Assembly: GCA_009773155.1 (NCBI GenBank)
Contig: WOVA01000007.1
Location: forward strand, 1,108-65,107
Direction of reading: 5' to 3'
DNA length: 64,000 nt
Source of the DNA: Elusimicrobiota bacterium
Lineage (GTDB): Bacteria > Elusimicrobiota > Elusimicrobia > Elusimicrobiales > UBA9959
Shown: positions 47,377 to 53,937 of the stretch, piece by piece
How positions within the stretch are numbered: the first letter of the stretch is position 1
Layout: every line of letters begins with the position of its first letter
Notes under the pieces: generated by a model
The model's input: the letters and a program-made list of their open reading frames with translations, nothing else
What the model was told of the DNA's origin: nothing
Database searches by the model: none
Position numbers and translations under genes: made by a program

Positions 47377-47637
47377 TGTACCGCAGATATCTTGACTTTT
47401 GGAGGCCCGGATTTGAGCCGAGTTCAAGGCGCGACGAACGCGCATACCGGGGGTCTGTAAGTGAGGAGCAACGCAGAAATCGGCCAAAGACGGGCCTCCC
47501 CAAGGGGGCCGGGCGCTTTTTGGCTGAAACTGCGTCAGTCGTCGCTCAAATAGCAAAACTATAGTTCGCTCCTCCTTCCTTGTTTCGCTCATAAAATCGC
47601 CAGGCCAAAAGCAAAGCTATCTGCGGTACACTACACT
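47370..47637. repeat. 268-bp long-palindromic MITE-like element with perfect 20-bp terminal inverted repeats
   Basis: Left agtgtagtgtaccgcagata (47370-47389), right tatctgcggtacactacact (47618-47637). The two arms are diverged inverted copies of one ~125-nt unit, which is homologous to 57437..57593. Confidence 0.85.
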
Positions 47638-47774
47638 AGAGCTCTTTGCCCTTTGGACCCAGCGGGACCTGGGCCCCGGGGCCCTGCCGCGGCGAGGTGC
47701 GCGGAGGTATACTTTTTACAGGGTAGTCCCAGTGGCTTCAGCGCCCGAAGCGGGGGACTAAAGAGGGGGTTAGC

Positions 47775-47948
47775 ATGACGTGGGAAGAGCTTTCCAGGAA
47801 GTATGACACCGACAATACCCGCCGGCAGGAGCCCAGGACGGCCGTAAAGGGCCGGCCCTGGCAGGAGATAATGAAGTCGACCGACAAGCTGGTCTGGCTT
47901 TTCCTGGTGACCGGCGGCAACAAAAGCAATACGGCAAAAGCGGGCTGA
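47775..47948 (+). CDS. Small hypothetical protein, 57 aa (below the ORF-track cut-off)
   Basis: GAGGGGG SD 7 nt upstream of the ATG. MTWEELSRKYDTDNTRRQEPRTAVKGRPWQEIMKSTDKLVWLFLVTGGNKSNTAKAG. Followed by a strong terminator. Confidence 0.45.
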   Translation: MTWEELSRKYDTDNTRRQEPRTAVKGRPWQEIMKSTDKLVWLFLVTGGNKSNTAKAG

Positions 47949-47970
47949 CGGCAGGAGCCGCCTGAAAAGA

Positions 47971-48006
47971 GGACCGCCGGGACTCCAGTCCCGGCGGTCC
48001 TTTTTT
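47971..48006. terminator. Bidirectional rho-independent terminator
   Basis: ggaccgccgggact-cc-agtcccggcggtcc followed by tttttt, with aaaaga upstream. Confidence 0.85.
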
Positions 48007-48026
48007 GGTCCGGGCCGCGGGGCCCG

Positions 48027-48266
48027 TCAGGGATAGAGGGGATCGATGCGATCGAAGCCCATATAGAGAAGCAGTGCCCCCAGCAGCGCCAACAGCAGCC
48101 CCACGCTCCTGCGGTTGAGCGCCACCCAGGAATCATTGAGCACGGTCTCGCGCAGCACCTTGTTGAGCTTCAGCATCAGGTCCGGCTTGTAGAGATAGCC
48201 CATGCCGGCCGCAAGGAAGATAAAGCCGAGCGCTATTTTCAGGAGCGGGGGTACGTTAAATTGCAT
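48027..48266 (-). CDS. Small two-TM membrane protein, hypothetical
   Basis: 79 aa with two hydrophobic helices. Overlaps the pth stop by 11 nt. Confidence 0.45.
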   Translation of the reverse strand: MQFNVPPLLKIALGFIFLAAGMGYLYKPDLMLKLNKVLRETVLNDSWVALNRRSVGLLLALLGALLLYMGFDRIDPLYP

Positions 48267-48837
48267 TATTGAAAGCGTTCATGGCCCTCTCCACCCCGTC
48301 CGAGAAAGACCCGGCCAGGGCGTCGCAGGCGGCGGCCAGAAAGGCCGGCAGACGCTCCTCCTCTTCTTTAGAGAACCTGGAAAGCACGAAATTCGTCCCC
48401 GGTATATGCGCCGGCCTGGGGCCGATACCCAGGCGCAGCCGGGGCAGGGACGGCCCGACTGCGTCGATCACCGAGTTCATGCCGTTGTGCGTCCCGCCGG
48501 TGCCGTCCTTGCGTATGCGCAGTTTGCCGAAAGGCAGGGCCAGGTCGTCGTAAACGGCCAGTATCGCGGGGGCCGGCACCTTGTAGAATCCGCCCAGGCT
48601 CTGCACCGCCCCGCCGGAGAGGTTCATATAGGTCTGCGGCTTGAGCAGGAAGCGGCGGCGGCCGCCGAGGGAAAATTCGACATAAAGGCCGAGGCCCTTC
48701 CAGTCCCGCCAGCGCTCGCCGGGCGCCAGGCGGCCGGCGGCCAGGTCGGCGACCATGAAGCCGATATTGTGCCTGGTCCTTTCGTATTCCGGTCCGGGGT
48801 TCCCCAGCAGGACCGCGAGTTGCACCTGGTCTTCCAA
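48256..48837 (-). CDS. pth: Peptidyl-tRNA hydrolase
   Basis: LLGNPGPEYERTRHNIGF, GTHNGMNS (GGHNG-like). Confidence 0.9.
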   Translation of the reverse strand: MEDQVQLAVLLGNPGPEYERTRHNIGFMVADLAAGRLAPGERWRDWKGLGLYVEFSLGGRRRFLLKPQTYMNLSGGAVQSLGGFYKVPAPAILAVYDDLALPFGKLRIRKDGTGGTHNGMNSVIDAVGPSLPRLRLGIGPRPAHIPGTNFVLSRFSKEEEERLPAFLAAACDALAGSFSDGVERAMNAFNNAI

Positions 48838-48869
48838 TCCCCCTCCTGCCTGCCGGCTTCGACCCGGCT

Positions 48870-48918
48870 AAAAAACGGGGAGCGGGAACCGAATACTGCT
48901 ATCGGCTCCCGCTCCCGT
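48870..48918 (-). terminator. Rho-independent terminator after rplY/ctc
   Basis: The minus strand reads acgggagcgggagccga-tagcagtat-tcggttcccgctccccg followed by tttttt. Confidence 0.75.
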
Positions 48919-48934
48919 TCTGAGAAGGGCCGCC

Positions 48935-49663
48935 TTACTTCTTGGACTCGCCCTTCTTCTCTTCCGGCTTGGCGCCGGCGGCGGGCTTGGCTCCGGCGGC
49001 GGGCTTGGCCCCCGCGGCGGGAGCGGCGCCCTCCTCGTCCTTCTTGCCCTTGGCGGCCACTATCTCGGGCTCGGCGGCGCCGGGTGCGGCGAGAGGGGTC
49101 TCTACGACCTCTTCCTTGGCCGCGATGACGCTGACGACGATATGGTTCGGGTCGTCGGTTATCTCCACCTTGGACTTGACGTCCCTGACGCGGATGGAAT
49201 CGCCGATATTGAGGCCCGCGACTTCGACCTCGATCTCCTTGGGGATCTCGGTCGGCATACAGAGGATATTGAACTCGCGCATGGCGTGCTCTATGACGCC
49301 GCCCTGCAGCTTCACGCCCTGGGGCTCGCCGACGAGCTTGACGTGGACCTTGAACTTCAGCTTATCGGTCAGCCTGATGCGCTGGAAGTCCAGGTGTATG
49401 ACCCTGTCGGTCACGACGTGGCGCTGCACTACCTTGATGATGACGTTCTCCTCTTCGGAGCCGTACTTGAGCTTTATGAGGGCGTTGTCGCCGAATTTGA
49501 GCACGCCGGCGATCTCCTTCTCCACCACCATGACGGGGACGGGCTTCTTTTCGCCGCCGTAGACGACGGCCGGGACCATGCCCTGACCGAGAACGGAACT
49601 TATCGCCCCTTTGCCGCCCGTCTTTTCACGGGGCTGGGCTGAAACGTTCACCTGTTGCATCAC
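48935..49663 (-). CDS. rplY: 50S ribosomal protein L25/general stress protein Ctc, with a low-complexity C-terminal tail
   Basis: REKTGGKGAISSVLGQGMVPAVVYG..., two-domain Ctc length (242 aa). Confidence 0.9.
   Translation of the reverse strand: MMQQVNVSAQPREKTGGKGAISSVLGQGMVPAVVYGGEKKPVPVMVVEKEIAGVLKFGDNALIKLKYGSEEENVIIKVVQRHVVTDRVIHLDFQRIRLTDKLKFKVHVKLVGEPQGVKLQGGVIEHAMREFNILCMPTEIPKEIEVEVAGLNIGDSIRVRDVKSKVEITDDPNHIVVSVIAAKEEVVETPLAAPGAAEPEIVAAKGKKDEEGAAPAAGAKPAAGAKPAAGAKPEEKKGESKK
48968..49021. repeat. 3 x 18-bp tandem repeat inside the rplY tail
   Basis: cttggcgccggcggcggg / cttggctccggcggcggg / cttggcccccgcggcggg. Encodes (PAAGAK)x3 on the minus strand. Confidence 0.85.
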
Positions 49664-49696
49664 TTCCTCCTGAACCGCTGAAAAAAAGCCGGCCTC

Positions 49697-50644
49697 TCAA
49701 TAGAAAAGCTCGCTTATGGAATGGCCGCCGTGGTTGCGTTTAATGGCTTCGGCCAGAAGCGGGGCCACGGTGACAGTCCTGATTTTAGCACTTTTTGAGG
49801 CCAGAGGTATAGTGTCGGTCAGCACCAGCTCGCTTATGGGGGAGGCCTCTATCTTCTCCACCGCGTCGCGGGAGAGCACCCCGTGGGTGCAGAAAGTGGT
49901 TATCCCGGCGGCCCCGCGCTCGGTGATCGCGGTCGCCACGGCGGTCAGCGTGCCGGCGGTATCCACCATATCGTCGAATATCAGGCAGTGCTTGCCCTCG
50001 ACCGAGCCGATGATATTGTAGACCGAGGCGACATTGGGCCGCGGGCGGCGCTTGTCTATGATGACCAGACTGGCGTCCAGGCGCTTGGCGAAGGACCGGG
50101 CGCGCTCCACGCTGCCCATGTCGGGCGAGACCACTATGAAGTTGGTCATCTTACGCTCCCGGACATAGTCCAGGACCACCGGGCGGGCGTAGAGATGGTC
50201 CATCGGGATGTCGAAAAAGCCCTGTATCTGGGCCGCGTGCAGGTCGATGGTGATGACCCGGTTGGCGCCGGCGGAGGTTATCAGGTTGGCCACCAGCTTG
50301 GCGGTAATGGAGACGCGGGGCGCCGGCTTGCGGTCGGCCCTGCCGTAGCCGTAGTAGGGGATGACGGCGGTGATGCGGCCGGCCGAGGCCCGGCGCAGCG
50401 CGTCGAGCATGATCAGCAGCTCCATCAGGTTCTCGTTGACCGGCGGGCAGGTGGGCTGTATGACGTAGCAGTCGCAGCCGCGGACGTTCTCCATGATCTG
50501 CACATCTATCTCGCCGTCGGCGAAGCGGCCGGTCTTGGCCTGGCCCAGCGGGACGCTGAGGGCGTCGCAGATCTTCTGCGCCAGCGCGGGGTTGGCGCTG
50601 CCGGTGAATATGCGGAGCGGGCCGGTCTTCCAGGAGTCAACCAT
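49697..50644 (-). CDS. prs: Ribose-phosphate pyrophosphokinase
   Basis: IFTGSANPALAQKI, RFADGEI, VSPDMGSVERAR, DDMVDTAGT. Confidence 0.95.
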   Translation of the reverse strand: MVDSWKTGPLRIFTGSANPALAQKICDALSVPLGQAKTGRFADGEIDVQIMENVRGCDCYVIQPTCPPVNENLMELLIMLDALRRASAGRITAVIPYYGYGRADRKPAPRVSITAKLVANLITSAGANRVITIDLHAAQIQGFFDIPMDHLYARPVVLDYVRERKMTNFIVVSPDMGSVERARSFAKRLDASLVIIDKRRPRPNVASVYNIIGSVEGKHCLIFDDMVDTAGTLTAVATAITERGAAGITTFCTHGVLSRDAVEKIEASPISELVLTDTIPLASKSAKIRTVTVAPLLAEAIKRNHGGHSISELFY

Positions 50645-50646
50645 TT

Positions 50647-52038
50647 TTATATCCCCTTGCGTTTTTTGAGCACCTGCCGCGAGCGGGCCAGGGCCAGCGC
50701 CCCCGCGGGAACGTTCTCTGTTATGGTGGAGCCGGCCGCTATCAGCGACCCTTTGCCGAGCTTCACCGGGGCCACGAGATTGGTGTTGGAGCCGATGAAG
50801 ACGCCGTCGCCTATCACGGTCCTGTGCTTATTCTTGCCGTCGTAGTTGCAGGTTATGGTGCCCGCGCCCACGTTGACCTTCTCGCCCATCGTCGTATCGC
50901 CGACATAGCTGAGATGCGGGACTTTTGAGCCGCGGCCGACGCGCGACTTCTTCACCTCGGAAAAATTGCCGACCTTGGCCGACGGCCCGATATCCGCGCC
51001 GGGGCGCAGGTGAGCGAACGGCCCCACCACTGAATCCTTTCGCAGGCGGCTGCCGTTGAGGTAACAGGAAAACTTGACTTCGCAGCCGTCGTCTATGCGG
51101 CAGTCCTCTATGACGCCCGAAGGGCCGATGCGGCAGCCGGAGCCGATGACCGTGGCGCCCTTTATGTGCACGCCGGGATAAATGACGGTGTCGGGGCCTA
51201 TCTTCACTCCTTCCTCGATATAGGTGGCGCCGGGGTCCTTGACCGTGACCCCTTTGTCCATCAACTCCTCGATAACGCGCTTATTAAGCATTTTGTAGGC
51301 TCCGGCCAGGTCGCGCCTGGAATTTATTCCCGCTATCTCGGTCTCGTCGGCGGCCTTGACGGCCAGCACCCGGCCGCCGGCGGCCAGTATAGCCTCCAGC
51401 GTGTCGGTCAAGTAGTACTCGCGCTTGGGGCCCTTGGGCCTGAGCGTTTTAAGCGCCTTCAGGAGCGCGGGGGTGTGAAAAAAATAAGTGCCGGAGTTGA
51501 CTTCTTTGACCGCGAGTTCGGCAGGCGAGGCGTCGGAAGCTTCGACTATGGCCTTGACCGAGCCGCCATGACCGCGTATTATCCGGCCGTAGCTGCCCGG
51601 GTTCCGCAGCTCTGCCGTCATGACGACGCAGCCGGGCCTGTTGCGGCGGTAGAAAGCTGAGAGTTTTTTCAGTGTGGCGGGACGGAAGAGCGGCGCGTCG
51701 CCGCAGATTATCAGCGTATGGGCGAAACCCTTTATCTCCGGGACGGCCTCCTGCACGGCTCGGCCGCTGCCGGTCAGCGACTTCTGCGTCACGAAGCGGA
51801 CCTCGGCGCCGACGGGGCTCTTCGCGAGCCAGGCTGCGAGGCGCTCTTTGACCATAGCCCCCTTATGGCCGACGACAACGACTATCCTGGCCGGGCCCAG
51901 CGCCGCGACCTTCTTTATGACGCGGGCGGCCAGCGGCAGATCGCCCAGCTCGTGCAGCACTTTCGGCAGGGCCGACTTCATCCTCGTCCCCATGCCGGCG
52001 GCGAGTATAAGAGCGCAGAGATCTTTTTTTTCAGGCAT
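50647..52038 (-). CDS. glmU: Bifunctional UDP-N-acetylglucosamine pyrophosphorylase / GlcN-1-P N-acetyltransferase
   Basis: LILAAGMGTRMKS. C-terminal left-handed beta-helix hexapeptide repeats. Confidence 0.95.
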   Translation of the reverse strand: MPEKKDLCALILAAGMGTRMKSALPKVLHELGDLPLAARVIKKVAALGPARIVVVVGHKGAMVKERLAAWLAKSPVGAEVRFVTQKSLTGSGRAVQEAVPEIKGFAHTLIICGDAPLFRPATLKKLSAFYRRNRPGCVVMTAELRNPGSYGRIIRGHGGSVKAIVEASDASPAELAVKEVNSGTYFFHTPALLKALKTLRPKGPKREYYLTDTLEAILAAGGRVLAVKAADETEIAGINSRRDLAGAYKMLNKRVIEELMDKGVTVKDPGATYIEEGVKIGPDTVIYPGVHIKGATVIGSGCRIGPSGVIEDCRIDDGCEVKFSCYLNGSRLRKDSVVGPFAHLRPGADIGPSAKVGNFSEVKKSRVGRGSKVPHLSYVGDTTMGEKVNVGAGTITCNYDGKNKHRTVIGDGVFIGSNTNLVAPVKLGKGSLIAAGSTITENVPAGALALARSRQVLKKRKGI

Positions 52039-52070
52039 TCTGTTCCGAGCGGAAAGACGAAACCTTCTGC

Positions 52071-52355
52071 CTATAGTTTACTAAATCGGGCATTGGGCCG
52101 GGAAATCAGCGCCTCTTTTTCGGGCCGGGTGAGCTTTTTCAGCGCGGCTTCCAATTTAGACGCGGAGGAGCGGTCCCTTTTCCTCTTTTTCCAGGCCAGC
52201 GCCACCGGGCCGAAGGCCGCGGTGTATTTGGCGCCGCGGCCCGCGTTATGGTCCGCTATGCGGCCCGCCAGGTCATTGGTTATGCCGGTATAGAGCGAGC
52301 CGTTGGCGCAGCGGACGATATAGACGGTCCAAAGTTTTTTGTTTGAACGCCTCAT
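52071..52355 (-). CDS. GIY-YIG domain protein (UPF0213/YhbQ-like)
   Basis: WTVYIVRCANGSLYTGITNDLAGRIADHN. Start trimmed to MRRSNKK because the longer ORF overlaps the tRNA. Weak RBS. Confidence 0.7.
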   Translation of the reverse strand: MRRSNKKLWTVYIVRCANGSLYTGITNDLAGRIADHNAGRGAKYTAAFGPVALAWKKRKRDRSSASKLEAALKKLTRPEKEALISRPNARFSKL

Positions 52356-52425
52356 ATCAAGGAGACAGCCGGGGCCCCGCCGTGAGGGTTCGCGGGGGCG
52401 CCTCCGGCATCGTTCTCCTTTTGTT

Positions 52426-52496
52426 CTCCCGGGCATGGATTTGAACCATGTCTAACCGCGTCAAAGGCGGTTGTGCTACCGTTACACCACCCGGGA
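52426..52496 (-). tRNA. tRNA-Gln (anticodon UUG), CCA not encoded
   Basis: Hand-folded cloverleaf. Acceptor TCCCGGG/CCCGGGA, D stem GTGT/GCAC, anticodon stem ACCGC/GCGGT with loop CTTTGAC, T arm CATGG-TTCAAAT-CCATG. 71 nt. Confidence 0.85.
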
Positions 52497-52510
52497 ATAA
52501 ATCGGGCCTG

Positions 52511-52602
52511 CAAATTCCAGGGACAGTATATTTAATTCACCGCGCACCAAGACGCGCCCGGGCGGCTGGCCCAGGAATTAAATATACTGTCCCCGGAATT
52601 TG
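52511..52602. repeat. 28-bp inverted repeat (1 mismatch) with a 36-bp spacer, between tRNA-Gln and spoVG
   Basis: caaattccagggacagtatatttaattc ... gaattaaatatactgtccccggaatttg. Confidence 0.85.
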
Positions 52603-52640
52603 CCCTTGCGGCCGGGCAGCCTCCGCGCGGGGCGGACGGC

Positions 52641-52946
52641 TCAGTCCTCTTCCGCCCCGGTCGGCGCGGGGATGCCCCCGGACGCCTCGACCCTGGCCAG
52701 CTCCTTGCTGTATTCGGCCAGGATTATCTCTTCCAGCCGGCCGCGGAACTCGTTGCTTATAGGATGGGCTATATCCTTGTAAGTGCCGTCCTTTATCTTC
52801 CTCGACGGCATGCAGACTATCAGCCCCTTGTTGCCGTTGACCACCTTCATGTTGTGCACTACGAAGGCGCCGTCGAACGTCACCGTCGCGAAGGCCTTGA
52901 GCCTGGCCTCGCTGCGCAGATGTATCCGTACCTCGGTAATTTCCAT
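52641..52946 (-). CDS. spoVG: Septation/regulatory protein SpoVG
   Basis: MEITEVRIHLRSEARLKAFATVTFDGAFVVHNMKVVNGNKGLIVCMPSRK. Start trimmed to an ATG preceded by GGGGGAAGGG. Confidence 0.9.
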   Translation of the reverse strand: MEITEVRIHLRSEARLKAFATVTFDGAFVVHNMKVVNGNKGLIVCMPSRKIKDGTYKDIAHPISNEFRGRLEEIILAEYSKELARVEASGGIPAPTGAEED

Positions 52947-53046
52947 CCCTTCCCCCAGTTGTAAGAGCCCCAGCGACAGAGTCAGTAGGCGCGCAGTCCC
53001 CGTAGACGCCAGCGACTTACTTCGTTGAATAGGACGGCCCCTGCCG

Positions 53047-53937
53047 TCAGGCAAATTCTGCCAAAAAAACCATGCCTTTGCAAGGCTTCAGCGCCCGCGC
53101 CAGCCTGGCGGCCTCCGCGCGGCTCCCGGCCGCGGCGAAAACGGTGGAACCGGAACCGGACATCATGGCGCCGGCGGCGCCGGCCGCCGAGAGGCGCGCG
53201 CGGGCCCTGGCTATGGCCGGCCTGGCGGGCAGGACCGGGTCCTCCAGCCGGTTCCTCATGAGCGGCGCCCAGGCCGCAGGGCCGGCGCCGGAAAACATGG
53301 CCTTTATCAGCCGGCGATAATCGCGCCGCGAAACGGAAACCGCGGCCGGGCCCGGCCGCTCGAGCGCGGCGTAGACGCCCGGCGTGGGCACCTGGAAACC
53401 GGGGAAATAGAGCACCAGCGTGTGGCGGCCCGGCTTCAGGGCGAGAGCCTTCAGCTTCTCGCCGCGGCCGCGGCCCTCGCAGAAAACGGACCCGGCGAGG
53501 AAGAACGGGACGTCGGAACCCAACCCGGCGGCCAGCCGCGCAAGCCGGCGCCTGTCGGCCGGCGAGCGCCTGCGGTGCAGCCGTGACAGGCCCTCGAGTA
53601 CGGCCGCTGCGTTGGACGAACCGCCGCCCAGGCCGGCGCCCGCGGGGATGCGCTTCACCAGCCGGATATCCAGCGCCGGCTCCAGGCGAAAGCCCCGGTA
53701 GAAAGCGTCGGCCGCGCGCCAGGCCAGGTTTTTCTCCTGCGGTATGGGGACGAAGTTGGACTTATTTACCACAGAGAGCCTTATTCCGGGTTTTGCCGAC
53801 GGGCGGAGAGTCAGCGAATCGGCCAGATTTATCCTGGCGAAGAGAGTCAGCAGGTCGTGGTAGCCGTCGGGCCGCCGCCCGGTGACTTCCAGGAAGAGGT
53901 TGACTTTGGCCCGCGAGAGAACGCTGAGCCCCTTCAT
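53047..53937 (-). CDS. ispE: 4-diphosphocytidyl-2-C-methyl-D-erythritol kinase
   Basis: KVNLFLEVTGRRPDGYHDL, PAGAGLGGGSSNAAA (GHMP kinase motif). Confidence 0.9.
   Translation of the reverse strand: MKGLSVLSRAKVNLFLEVTGRRPDGYHDLLTLFARINLADSLTLRPSAKPGIRLSVVNKSNFVPIPQEKNLAWRAADAFYRGFRLEPALDIRLVKRIPAGAGLGGGSSNAAAVLEGLSRLHRRRSPADRRRLARLAAGLGSDVPFFLAGSVFCEGRGRGEKLKALALKPGRHTLVLYFPGFQVPTPGVYAALERPGPAAVSVSRRDYRRLIKAMFSGAGPAAWAPLMRNRLEDPVLPARPAIARARARLSAAGAAGAMMSGSGSTVFAAAGSRAEAARLARALKPCKGMVFLAEFA

Noticed and set aside
47370-47637. The long hairpin as 6S RNA, SRP RNA, or a retron msr/msd
   Set aside because: A homologous unit recurs at 57.4 kb, so this is a repeat family and not a single-copy RNA gene. 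No reverse transcriptase is adjacent. The SRP domain IV and RNase P signature sequences I know are absent.
52071-52640. Integrative element or prophage at tRNA-Gln
   Set aside because: No integrase, no duplicated tRNA 3' end, and the flanking genes are core housekeeping in conserved order. Only a GIY-YIG gene and an inverted repeat are present.
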